This document shows positions 1 to 11,318 of a stretch of 64,000 bases of DNA, piece by piece (the stretch's first letter is position 1; each line of letters opens with the position of its first letter). The DNA comes from Ostrea edulis. Taxonomy: Eukaryota. A model generated the notes under the pieces. The model saw only the letters and a program-made list of their open reading frames with translations, searched no databases and was not told the DNA's origin. The stretch spans positions 5,394,001 to 5,458,000 of the forward strand of contig NC_079169.1 of the NCBI RefSeq assembly GCF_947568905.1, given 5' to 3'. The position numbers and the translations under genes are program-made.

Positions 1-254
1 GATCACCAGTCACTGAGTTTGTTGATGGAGAACAACATGATAATACCACATACACAGTAAGATAAAGTCTTGTACATTTTTAATGTAATGTAACATAAAA
101 TTCATGTTTTGACTTTCGATAAATTGAATGCAATTTTCCTCCATAACATTCCGATATTTGGTGGAGTCTGTGTTGCTCATTTTTGTGTTTTTCAGTGATT
201 TCCTGGTCTTTGTAGTTTTTGTCTATTGTCCACCTGATCCATGTCTCCCATTTG

Positions 255-443
255 TTGATTTTTTGTTTACCGTTCTAATCACAGTTCCCTCGACTTCACT
301 TTTGATTTTTTGTTTACCGTTCTAATCACAGTTCCCTCGACTTCACTTTTGATTTTTTGTTTACCGTTCTAATCACAGTTCCCTCGACTTCACTTTTGAT
401 TTTTTGTTTACCGTTCTAATCACAGTTCCCTTGACTTCACTTT
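255..443. repeat. 47-bp tandem repeat, ~4 copies
   Basis: Unit GATTTTTTGTTTACCGTTCTAATCACAGTTCCCTCGACTTCACTTTT starts at 257, 304, 351 and 398. Confidence 0.95.
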
Positions 444-453
444 CACAAATAAA

Positions 454-794
454 CAACTGAAGATAAGGATATCAGTGGTGGATCCACAACAGAGAATAGA
501 CAACTGAAGAGAAGGATATCGGTGGTGGATCCACTACAGAGAATCAACATCACCAGTCTATAGATGAAGTCCCACAATCTTCTGATTCCGGGCAAATCCG
601 TTCTTGTGTCTCTTTGTTGTCCACCCAACTGACAGAGAACAACCGATAAGGCTACTATTCCTGAGCCACAGAGAACAACCCGATAATGCTACAATTCCTG
701 GGCCACTCAGAACAATTAACCCGTCGATAATGCTTCAATTCCTGGGCCACTCAGAACAATTAACCCGTCGATAATGCTTCAATTCCTGGGTCAC
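454..794. repeat. Two further short tandem repeats (2 x 47 bp; 4 x 36-44 bp)
   Basis: CAACTGAAGA...GGATCCAC.ACAGAGAAT starts at 454 and 501. CAGAGAACAA...CGATAATGCT..AATTCCTGGGCCA-type units start at 633, 669, 706 and 750. Confidence 0.85.
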
Positions 795-1091
795 CACAGC
801 AGTTAAATGGTTTTGACAGGTATATATATTTGATAGAGTTATATTCTTCCAAAATATTGAACAAAGAAAGATCAGTTAAGGTGATAGTTGAAATAAACTA
901 TTTTACTCACTTTTGTACAAATTGTATTATGTTTATTGCCTTCCAGTGATTTAGTTAGACATTTTCATTGACTAACCATTTTGCCAATTAACATGATTAA
1001 AGTGGCAATTTTTTTGTTGCTAAAAATATAGCCAAATCAGTTTAATACTTTTAATATGGTTTTTGGATTAATTGGGTAAAGTGACTACATT

Positions 1092-1213
1092 TAAGGAATG
1101 ACTGGGGCAAGTTATACGAGTATAACCTGGTTTGGGTCAGTTTACACTTTTTTATAATCAGCAAATCCAGGTTATACTCGTATAACTTGCCCCAGAATTA
1201 AAGTCATTCCTTA
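1092..1213. mobile_element. Miniature fold-back (palindromic) element
   Basis: Perfect 29-bp inverted repeat at 1102-1130 / 1167-1195, plus an outer TAAGGAATGACT / AGTCATTCCTTA inverted pair. Confidence 0.7.
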
Positions 1214-1779
1214 TAATTTAATGAAGGAGAAAAAGATACTAACCTTCGTTTATCAAAATGTTCATAAACTCGGTAAAATACAAGTCAACTGAGCCGCGCA
1301 ATGATTCACTTAGCAACAACAACGAAGTGTCTACATGTGGCTGCGAAGGTCGCCATATTAACTCATTGTCAATTTGTCTTACTTAGTTCAACAGAGCCGA
1401 GCCTATTTATTAAATTATTGTACCGAAGGTGAAGTTTGTCATGACAGAAAATATGTGTAGACTATGCATGCAATGCGTATTTCGCTGCCCGTTAGAGATC
1501 GACTTTGAAGTCGCTCATCTCCGACAGATTGAGAAAATACGGGAAATTGCATTGTTTAGGCCTAGATCTACCCAAAGTAAGTCTTCAAATATCAGAAAAT
1601 GCAATAATTTGCAGCTTTTAACTCTGTGAAAATTTCTACTACATGAAAACTTACCCTTGCATGCAACGATTACGTTGTCACTAATGGTAAATCTAACACA
1701 AGAAAATATGTAAACAAGTGACAAATCGCGATCCACATGTCAATATGACTGTTGTCATGTGGTAAAATGTGACGTATGA

Positions 1780-2286
1780 TTTTTATATCCCCCACAACAA
1801 GTTGTGGGGAGGGGGGGGGGGGGGTATACTGGAATCGGGTTGTCCGTCTGAAGACGCAATGGTTTCCGGGCTCTAAAGCATTATCCTTTCCACCTACCGT
1901 CACCATATCATATATATGGACTACCCATGGGATGAAGATGTTCCCTATCGATTTTGGGGTCAAAAGGTGAAGCGCACTGGACATCGAAGTAGCAATATGG
2001 TTTCCGGGATCTAAAGCGTTATCCTTTCCACCTACAGTCACAATATCATACATATGGACTACCCATGGGATGAAGATGTTCCCTATCGATTTTGGGGTCA
2101 AAAGGTCAAAGGTCACTTGCACTGGACATCAAAGTAGCAATATGGTTTCCATTTAAATTCTTTAACGGCTTTTTTCATCGCATGGAGATGCTGTGTTCCT
2201 AGTTTATACCTATTAACAACACCCTTTGGGAGATTGGGGTAAGCGGGGGGTATTCTTAGTGAGCATTGCTCACTGTTCATCTTGTT
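1780..2286 (+). mobile_element. Helentron-associated non-autonomous element (HINE) with two internal ~140-bp repeats
   Basis: T-rich start, 5' hairpin CCCCACAAC-AA-GTTGTGGGG, internal units with period 138-145 bp carrying the GGTCAAAGGTCA motif, GGGGGGTATT subterminal repeat, 3' hairpin GTGAGC-ATT-GCTCAC (2259-2273), T-rich end. Confidence 0.8.
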
Positions 2287-2687
2287 TTCTAAATAGGTTG
2301 AATGTTAAAGTGATGTTTAGTAATAACCAATGACTGCTGTTTTTTATTACAGGTCACTAAAATGGAGAAAGATTATATGTAGGTCCAATATTATCACTCC
2401 ATCAGGAAAGGGAAGTGGACACAACACAAAAGCAATATACATCCGTCAAATGAGACATTATTTCCATCTTACAGCCACCAGAATTGGTCCCAGAAAGCTG
2501 TTCAAGATTCTTTTATCGTTTCAATGAATCATTCAAATAAAAGTCTTGCTACTAAATTAAAAGTAAAGTAAATTTATTGTATCATTTATTTTCATACATC
2601 CCTGAAGCACAGACACAGCATTCCATGATGTTGCCCTGTTGATGAACCTCAGAGTTTCTTATTTTGTATAAACTAAGAAAAAGGATA

Positions 2688-2869
2688 CTGTGGAGTCATA
2701 ATTGTTCGTTACCCACGAATTTACGTGTCCTCGAACATTTTTCTAAATCAAGTATAGTTATCTCTTCTGGTGCATCGTATCACTTACCCACGAAATGACG
2801 TCCCCACAAACCAGCAAAATTTTACTTACCCACAAACATTGGCCCCCACGAATTGAAATGATTGCACAG
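2688..2869. mobile_element. Tc1/mariner-type MITE
   Basis: TA flanks at 2686-2687 and 2870-2871. TIR CTGTGGAGTCAT vs CTGTGCAATCAT (10/12). Related copy at 11672-11853. Confidence 0.7.
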
Positions 2870-3858
2870 TAATAAATCTAAAACATATGATTCAAGTTGG
2901 GTTCGTGTTGTTTCAAAGACATGTTTTTTAGTTTTAGTTGTCCTGTATTTTGTCTTGTGATCTTGAGTTCAGAGTTTGTGTTTTCAATTTTCTGTGATAG
3001 AACTCCAGTATTCAAATGATTATGAAAAAAAGATTGGGTCTGAGGAAGGGATAAGTCCAAATAGCTGTTTCTGATATATGTATCACAATGTAATGGAACA
3101 TCTCTAGACAGTTATATCGGTTTTTGAATCTTCCTTTAAGAGAGTAAATGTTTAATTAGAATGAGCTGGTGTGTCCATGTTACATGCACCATTTTGGCTT
3201 TTTTTTTCTTTTCTTTTTTTTTTTTTTTTGATGTGGGGCACATACAAAAGTTTATAAAAAAGGATGTAACCTGTAAAATTGCACCTTATACTAGTCTACA
3301 TTGACACATATTGTCACTTTTACTTTCTTTGGCAATGTCACATAATTCTTGCCCAGATATGGTGAGGTATCAGAATGTTTCTACACACAATTGTACTTTT
3401 CCCAGGTTCATAACACGTTCAGAAAAACGATATGAACTCTAACACAAGTTCATAATTATGCAAATTAGGTAGGTCTATCATTCATGTGCCACACAAACAA
3501 ACATGTCATCCTTTGAAATTATTAACATTGACAGTAAAAGACCTTGTTTTGTTGCCAAGGTTGTTCCAAGAGGATTTTGTACTGTCTTTTATGAAGTGAA
3601 AATAATTTAAAACCGTGATGTAGTGACGTCACAATGGAATTGAAAGCAAAAATGTCTGTGACATTCGGGTTGTGAAATAGACAGTAAATTAAAATGTGCA
3701 TTTAATCATAGCTGTGAGATAAATACAGCTTATGACAATTGAAATGAAATTTGTTACCGGATTTGAATATTTCCCTCACCAAGGCTCAGAAAATATTAAA
3801 TCCGGAAACCCATTTCATATGCCATAAGCACTCATTCAAGATCCTCTATGATATATTA

Positions 3859-3962
3859 TGTAGTATAGGAGAGGAGAAACTCTATGGCTGGACAGGGAAT
3901 CAAACCCGGAATCCCTACATTACTAGTCAGGTGCTCTAACCATGCACTGAGCTATCAGCCTG
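3859..3962 (-). mobile_element. Partial solo LTR of tRNA-bearing TRIM, subfamily B
   Basis: Minus strand reads GGCTGATAGCTCAGTG...GAGCACCTGACTAGTAATGTAGGG...GGTTTGATTCCCTGTCCAGCCA...CTCCTCTCCTATACTACA and ends in the LTR terminal CA at 3859. Confidence 0.75.
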
Positions 3963-4080
3963 CCAGAACAGCAGGGGATTCAGTGTAAGACCCAACAGGA
4001 CTCCGACTGATCAGTACAAAAATTCCTTCTTTATAAGGACTATTATTGACTGGAACCATCTCAGTGATTCAACCGTGTTA
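3963..4080 (+). mobile_element. LINE (CR1/L2-like) ORF2 3'-terminal fragment
   Basis: 4009-4062 translates as DQYKNSFFIRTIIDWNHL, the typical YKxSFFPRTIxxWNxL C-terminal motif. Confidence 0.65.
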
Positions 4081-4081
4081 T

Positions 4082-4235
4082 TAATCTCGGTTGAGATTCG
4101 GCACTGCTGATTAATTGCTAGAACCTCCCGAAGCTATTTAGTAAATTTCCAGACATGAATTATGAAGGACTGCTCTGAGATTCGGTAAAAGCATCAGTCC
4201 AAATATCCAACTGAGCCGAATCTCAGCCGAGATTA
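4082..4235. mobile_element. 154-bp MITE with 9-bp TSD (Mutator-like)
   Basis: 21-bp TIR TAATCTCGGTTGAGATTCGGC / GCCGAATCTCAGCCGAGATTA (1 mismatch). Perfect TSD CCGTGTTAT at 4073-4081 and 4236-4244. Confidence 0.85.
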
Positions 4236-4927
4236 CCGTGTTATATGACATCGCGAGATCATCAAATTGGGATTGCAAGGTAAGATACATCAAATTCAAC
4301 AGCGATCGAACCCGTCGGACTGCTACATCCATAATTAGTATGCCGAGTGTTACCTTACTTACTCAATACAAATTAGCGGAAATAGATACTGCATAAAAAT
4401 GCCTACAAAATTGCACAATATCCGAGTAAGATGATTATTCAATTTTAAAATTTATTGTTTTCACGCACACGTGTGCAAGTCAACCCTGCTTATTTAGTGC
4501 TTAAATTTATTTGTCTAACTACTAATTAATCATACCTGAAGCAGCCGTTCTCTATATCGGATTCTACATAAGGGACGAAGGAGATGCAAATTATAACTTT
4601 ACGAAAGGAGAAAACCAGCTAAAACCTCAACTGGCTCAAGCTTCCCCTGCAACACTAACTTCGTCCGCCATTTTTTGTATCACGTGATTTCGTACAGGGA
4701 GAATACATTGGGTTACGAAATCAAATTGCCAATTCCACATAGACACTTTTGACATATTTATACACTATTAAGTTACTTGCTAGGGTAATCAGTAAATAAT
4801 ACAAATATCTGAAATAATGTACAACAATTTACTCGCAGTCAGTACCCCAAAAACAATTACCGCTCCTGGTCAAAGGTCAAACGAAAGCGAAAGCACAGTT
4901 TGTACGTTCTATCAGCAGACCGCAAAG

Positions 4928-6442
4928 ATGAATGAGGTGCTGGAGTTCTTTACCACGTTGTTTTTGGTGATATACTACTGGTTAGAAGCCATAGTATTAA
5001 CATTCATACCAGCTGGTCTTAGAGGCAAAAGCGTGGCAGGCGAGACTGTACTGGTCACGGGAGCAGGTGAGTTGACTTTTAAATTCTTTTATTTTTTCTT
5101 CATCACTTCAACCGGTGCTTTATCATTCTTTTATTTTTCTTTGTCTATTCAATAGGTGCTTTATAATCCATGGATCAATTTGAAGTTTCAGACATCGACG
5201 TTTAATAAAATATAATGTGTGAGCATATATACTAGGGTGGAATCTCGGGGGGGGGGGGGGGGGGGGGGGGGATCTTGGCGAGATTCGTCGTGGCTGGATA
5301 TTTGGACTGATACAGGGTCTGTCATTCCAAATATTATGCCTCAACGAATCCCGCAGAGATTAGGGGGTGGGGTTACTTCCAATGCATCACGTGTATTATC
5401 TTTAGAGAAGTGGACAGGCAAGGTGACCTTTGTACATTCTAAGACGCTTTGTAGACAGTGGCTCAGTGTTTTGGATTGAGTTGGCTATTAAACAGAAAGT
5501 TGTGAGGTCGTGCTAGGCTTGTACTACCTTGGCTGCATCAAACAAAAGATATAAAAATACATAGTGACTGCTCTAGTATAACTGGGGTGGAAATGACAGT
5601 CACGGGTCTTTCAGGTCACAGGGTTTTGACGCAATCTGAGCAAACTTGTTTTTATCTAAGTACCATAAGGAGTATAATCATGATAATACACCTATTATAC
5701 TCTATCCTTTTTGCACAGATTGTGTCAAAACCCTGTGTTTCAGGTGATACTGTAACATTCAAGGCCCTGCATCATAGTATGCATTATTACAAAAATTCAC
5801 AAACTTGTATGAAATTCAACAGTGAAGTCTATGGAATAAGCATAATTTCTGCAATGTCTCAGAAGCAAAAATTGATTATGGAGAAATCATTTGATCCATG
5901 AAGCCATTATCTATTAAGTTTTAGAAAGAAATGGATGAATATTATTTTTATGTCTGAAAGGGAACACAACTCAGAAATAACACAATATTATATATATATA
6001 GATGCAAAATTATTCACAATGCTTAATCGTTAACAGTTTTAACTGGATTTGGTGCATATATATATATATAAATGTAGCAGTCAGCCAGGTTTGATCGCCA
6101 GTGGCCAGTTAGCTCAGTTGGTAAAGCACCTGACTAGAGAATTCAGGGGGCCTGGGTTCGAATCCTGGTGTGGTCTGTTGCATTTTCTCCCTTCCTGTTA
6201 ACTTTGGTGCCGTAGATCAGCCCCTGGAATTGACAGGTGAAAATGCCTGCCAGGGGATTAAGATCCTGGGTTGATGTCTTCAGGTGTGAAGACATACACA
6301 TTTAAGGAGGGAGAAGTGTAGCGGCCAACAGGGTTTGATGGCCGGTGGCCAGATAGCTCAGTTGGTAGAGCACCTGACTAGAGATTTAGGCCTGGGTTCG
6401 AATCCCGGTGTGGTCCGTTGCATTTTCACCCTTCCTGTTACA

Positions 6443-6473
<31 letters not shown>

Positions 6474-9400
6474 ATTATATATACATTGTATTAAATTATA
6501 TTATTTCATATTTACAAAGCAGTTATCTATTCTAAGTAGTGATGATGCACAAAGTTCATCCAACATTGCCATCTATTAGGTACAGAAGATTATTTTATTT
6601 AATGAGTTTGAAAGAAAAAAATTCACATTCTCTCTCATAAAATCTGATCAAGGTATTTGTAACAGTAGAGAGAACAGGTTTTTGTAGAAATTTGCATACA
6701 TGTGTTATTGACTATATTTTTATGTCTAAAGTACAAAATCTGAAAAAGTACATGTATATTAAAAGTACCCATTTCCTACAGCTTGTTTAAATTTTAGAGA
6801 GAAATTAATTTGAGAGAAAGTTTATCATGACCCTGACAGTTTTCAAAGTTTTCAAACTGATGTGTAGGGGAGTTAACTCTTCCATAACTCCCAATGGTAA
6901 TCTTGAACTCCTTCATGATTTGCTGATTTTAGACATTCATATTTGTATTGAGGGTTCCCAATACTAAGATTTCACAAAGGATGAGGAAAAACTGAGCATA
7001 AAAAATTTACAAAAAATGTCCTCATATCACTCTCCTGCCTATCCTTAATGCACATAATCACATACTCTTCATAAAGGCTTCAACCTATCCTTAATGCACA
7101 TAATCACATACTCTTCATAAAGGCTTCAACCTATCCTTAATGCACATAATCACATACTCTTCGTAAAGGCTTCAACCTATCCTTAATCACATACTCTTCG
7201 TAAAGACTTCAACCTATCCTTAATGCACATAATCACATACTCTTCGTAAAGACTTCAACCTACCCTTAATGCACATAATCACATACTCTTCGTAAAGGCT
7301 TCAACCTATCCTTAATGCACATAATCACATACTCTTCGTAAAGGCTTCAACCTATCCTTAATGCACATAATCACATACTCTTCGTAAAGGCTTCAACCTA
7401 TCCTTAATGCACATAATCACATACTCTTCGTAAAGGCTTCAACCTATCCTTAATGCACATAATCACATACTCTTCGTAAAGGCTTCAACCTATCCTTAAT
7501 GCACATAATCACATACTCTTCGTAAAGGCTTCAACCTATCCTTAATGCACATAATCTCATACTCTTCGTAAAGGCTTCAACTATCCTTAATGCACATAAT
7601 CACATACTCTTCGTAAAGGCTTCAACCTATCCTTAATGCACATAATCACATACTCTTCGTAAAGGCTTCAACCTATCCTTAATGCACATAATCACATACT
7701 CTTCGTAAAGTCTTCAACCTATCCTTAATGCACATAATCACATACTCTTCATAAAGGCTTCAACCTATCCTTAATGCACATAATCACATACTCTTCATAA
7801 AGGCTTCAACCTATCCTTAATGCACATAATCACATACTCTTCGTAAAGGCTTCAACCTATCCTTAATGCACACAAGCATTTACTCTTCATAAAGACTTCA
7901 ACATATCCTTAATGCACATAATCACATACTCTTCATAAAGGCTTCAACCTATCCTTAATGCGCATAATCACATACTCTTCATAAAGGCTTCAACCTATCC
8001 TTAATGCACATAATCACATACTCTTCGTAAAGGCTTCAACCTATCCTTAATGCACACAAGCATTTACTCTTCATAAAGACTTCAACATATCCTTAATGCA
8101 CATAATCACATACTCTTCATAAAGGCTTCAACCTATCCTTAATGCGCATAATCACATACTCTTCATAAAGGCTTCAACCTATCCTTAATGCACATAATCA
8201 CATACTCTTCGTAAAGGCTTCAACCTATCCTTAATGCACACAAGCATTTACTCTTCATAAAGACTTCAACCTATCCTTAATGCACATAATCACATACTCT
8301 TCGTAAAGGCTTCAACCTATCCTTAATGCACATAATCACATACTCTTCATAAAGGCTTCAACCTATCCTTAATGCACACAAGCATTTACTCTTCATAAAG
8401 ACTTCAACTTGCACTGCCAAGGTGAAACTTCATTCAATTTCACTTTATGAAGAAAGAAATAAGAAAATTTTATTTAAAAGTTGTGTTTTTACAAAAACAA
8501 ATGATGCACACTCTGTCATGATGAATTTAGTAGATAAAATGATTACCATCTATGACTGACCACGAGTAATTTTTAGTTACTCATATTTGTGGAAGTAATT
8601 TTTATTGATTTCATTGGATGAGCAATACCCACAATATATACTATCCAAAGTATATATATTTATATATATACATGTATTTATATAAATATATATGCTGTGT
8701 TTGTTCCTTATAGGATGGTTACATACCTTGTTTGCAACTATTATAGGAAGTGGTATAGGACGGTTACTATCGAAGAAGTTTGCAGCGCTAGGGGGCAGGC
8801 TGGTATTGTGGGACATCAATGAAGCTGGAAATGAAGAGACAGCCGAGCAGGTGAAAGCTTTGGGTGCCACTGTCAAGACCTACACAGTAGATCTCAGTAG
8901 CCGGGACTCCATCTACAAGGCTGCTCAACAGGTGTGTGAAGAGTGTTCCTTAATGAAACCCACCCACCCTCACATCCGTGTATATAACCCTCCCTAATGT
9001 CCACCCTCTCACATCCGTGTATATAATCCTCCCTAATGTCCATCTCTCTCACATCCGTGTATATAACCCTCCCTAATATCCACCCTCTCACATCCGTGTA
9101 TATAACCCTCCCTAATGTCCATCTCTCTCACATCCGTGTATATAACCCTCCCTAATGTCCATCTCTCTCACATCCGTGTATATAACCCTCCCTAATGTCC
9201 ATCTCTCTCACATCCGTGTATATAACCCTCCCTAATATCCACCCTCTCACATCCGTGTATATAACCCTCCCTAATGTCCATCTCTCTCACATCCGTGTAT
9301 ATAACCCTCCCTAATGTCCATCTCTCTCACATCTGTGTATGTAACTCTCCCTAATGTCCATCTCTCTCACATCCGTGTATATAACTCTCCCTAATGTCCA

Positions 9401-11131
9401 TCTCTCTCACATACTTGTATATAACCCTCCCTAATGTCCATCTCTCTCACATACTTGTATATAACTCTCCCTAATGTCCATCTCTCTCACATCCGTGTAT
9501 ATAACCCTCCCTAATGTCCATCTCTCTCACATCTGTGTATATAACCCTCCCTAATGTCCACCCTCTCACATCCGTGTATATAATCCTCCCTAATGTCCAT
9601 CTCTCTCACATCCGTGTATATAACCCTCCCTAATGTCCATCTCTCTCACATCCGTGTATATAACCCTCCCTAATGTCCATCTCTCTCACATCCGTGTATA
9701 TAACCCTCCCTAATGTCCATCTCTCTCACATTCGTGTATATAACCCTCCTTAATGTCCATCTCTCTCACATCCGTGTATATAACTCTCCCTAATGTCCAT
9801 CTCTCTCATATCCATGTATATAACTCTCCCTAATGTCCATCTCTCTCATATCCATGTATATAACCCTCCCTATTGTCCATCTCTCTCACATCCGTGTATA
9901 TAACCCTCCCTAATGTCCATCTCTCTCACATCCGTGTATATAACCCTCCCTAATGTCCACCCTCTCACATCCGTGTATATAACCCTCCCTAATGTCCATC
10001 TCTCTCACATCTGTGTATGTAACCCTCCCTAATGTCCATCTCTCTCACATCTGTGTATGTAACCCTCCCTAATGTCCATCTCTCTCACATCCGTGTATGT
10101 AACCCTCCCTAATGTCCACCTTCTCACATCCGTGTATGTAACCCTCCCTAATGTCCACCCTCTCACATCCGTGTATATAACCCTCCCTAATGTCCATCTC
10201 TCTCATATCCATGTATATAATCCTCCCTAATGTCCATCTCTCTCACATCCGTGTATATAACCCTCCCTAATGTCCATCTCTCTCACATCCGTGTATGTAA
10301 CCCTCCCTAATGTCCACCCTCTCACATCCGTGTATGTAACCCTCCCTAATGTCCACCCTCTCACATCCGTGTATATAACCCTCCCTAATGTCCATCTCTC
10401 TCATATCCATGTATATAATCCTCCCTAATGTCCATCTCTCTCACATCCGTGTATATAACCCTCCCTAATGTCCATCTCTCTCACATCCGTGTATATAACC
10501 CTCCCTAATGTCCATCTCTCTCACATCCGTGTATATAACCCTCCCTAATGTCCATCTCTCTCACATCCGTGTATATAACCCTCCCTAATGTCCATCTCTC
10601 TCATCCGTGTATATAACCCTCCCTAATGTCCACCCTCACATCCGTGTATATAACCCTCCCTAATGTCCATCTCTCTCACATCCGTGTATATAACCCTCCC
10701 TAATGTCCATCTCTCTCATCCGTGTATATAACCCTCCCTAATGTCCACCCTCACATCCGTGTATATAACCCTCCCTAATGTCCATCTCTCTCACATCCGT
10801 GTATATAACCCTCCCTAATGTCCACCCTCACATCCGTGTATATAACCCTCCCTAATGTCCATCTCTCTCATCCGTGTATATAACCCTCCCTAATGTCCAC
10901 CCTCACATCCGTGTATATAACCCTCCCTATGTCCATCTCTCTCATCCGTGTATATAACCCTCCCTAATGTCCACCCTCACATCCGTGTATATAACCCTCC
11001 CTATGTCCATCCCTCTCATATCCATGTATATAATCCTCTTTAATGACAGCCCTTGTCACGTCCTTGTATATAAATTACCTTTTCATATCAAATATTCATT
11101 AGTATATTTTAGGCATCAAATTGCTACATTC

Positions 11132-11182
<51 letters not shown>

Positions 11183-11286
11183 AATATTATACATGTATAC
11201 GGTAAAGCACAGTTTTACTCAGCCAGCATAATAATGAATTCATCTTATTGTGAAGTCTCCCCTCCACCCTCACCCCCCCCCCCCCC

Positions 11287-11318
<32 letters not shown>

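Noticed and set aside
1670-2122. 150-aa minus-strand ORF with internal duplication
   Set aside because: Translation of HINE internal repeats and a poly-G tract.
5246-5271. Poly-G/C tracts as functional G-quadruplexes
   Set aside because: Such homopolymer runs recur throughout the window, often inside repeats, and their lengths are assembly-sensitive. There is no specific evidence of function.
5618-5648. 30-bp motif shared with ~57681, both upstream of TRIM-A copies
   Set aside because: Distances to the TRIM differ (~455 vs ~140 bp) and the flanks are unrelated, so it is more likely a separate dispersed repeat.
6346-6417. Functional tRNA genes here and at 6102, 35780, 37110, 37350, 46530, 57850 and 63246
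   Set aside because: Anticodon loops are irregular (8-nt CTAGAGAT or mismatched stems), copies are diverged, and they sit inside LTR or MITE structures.
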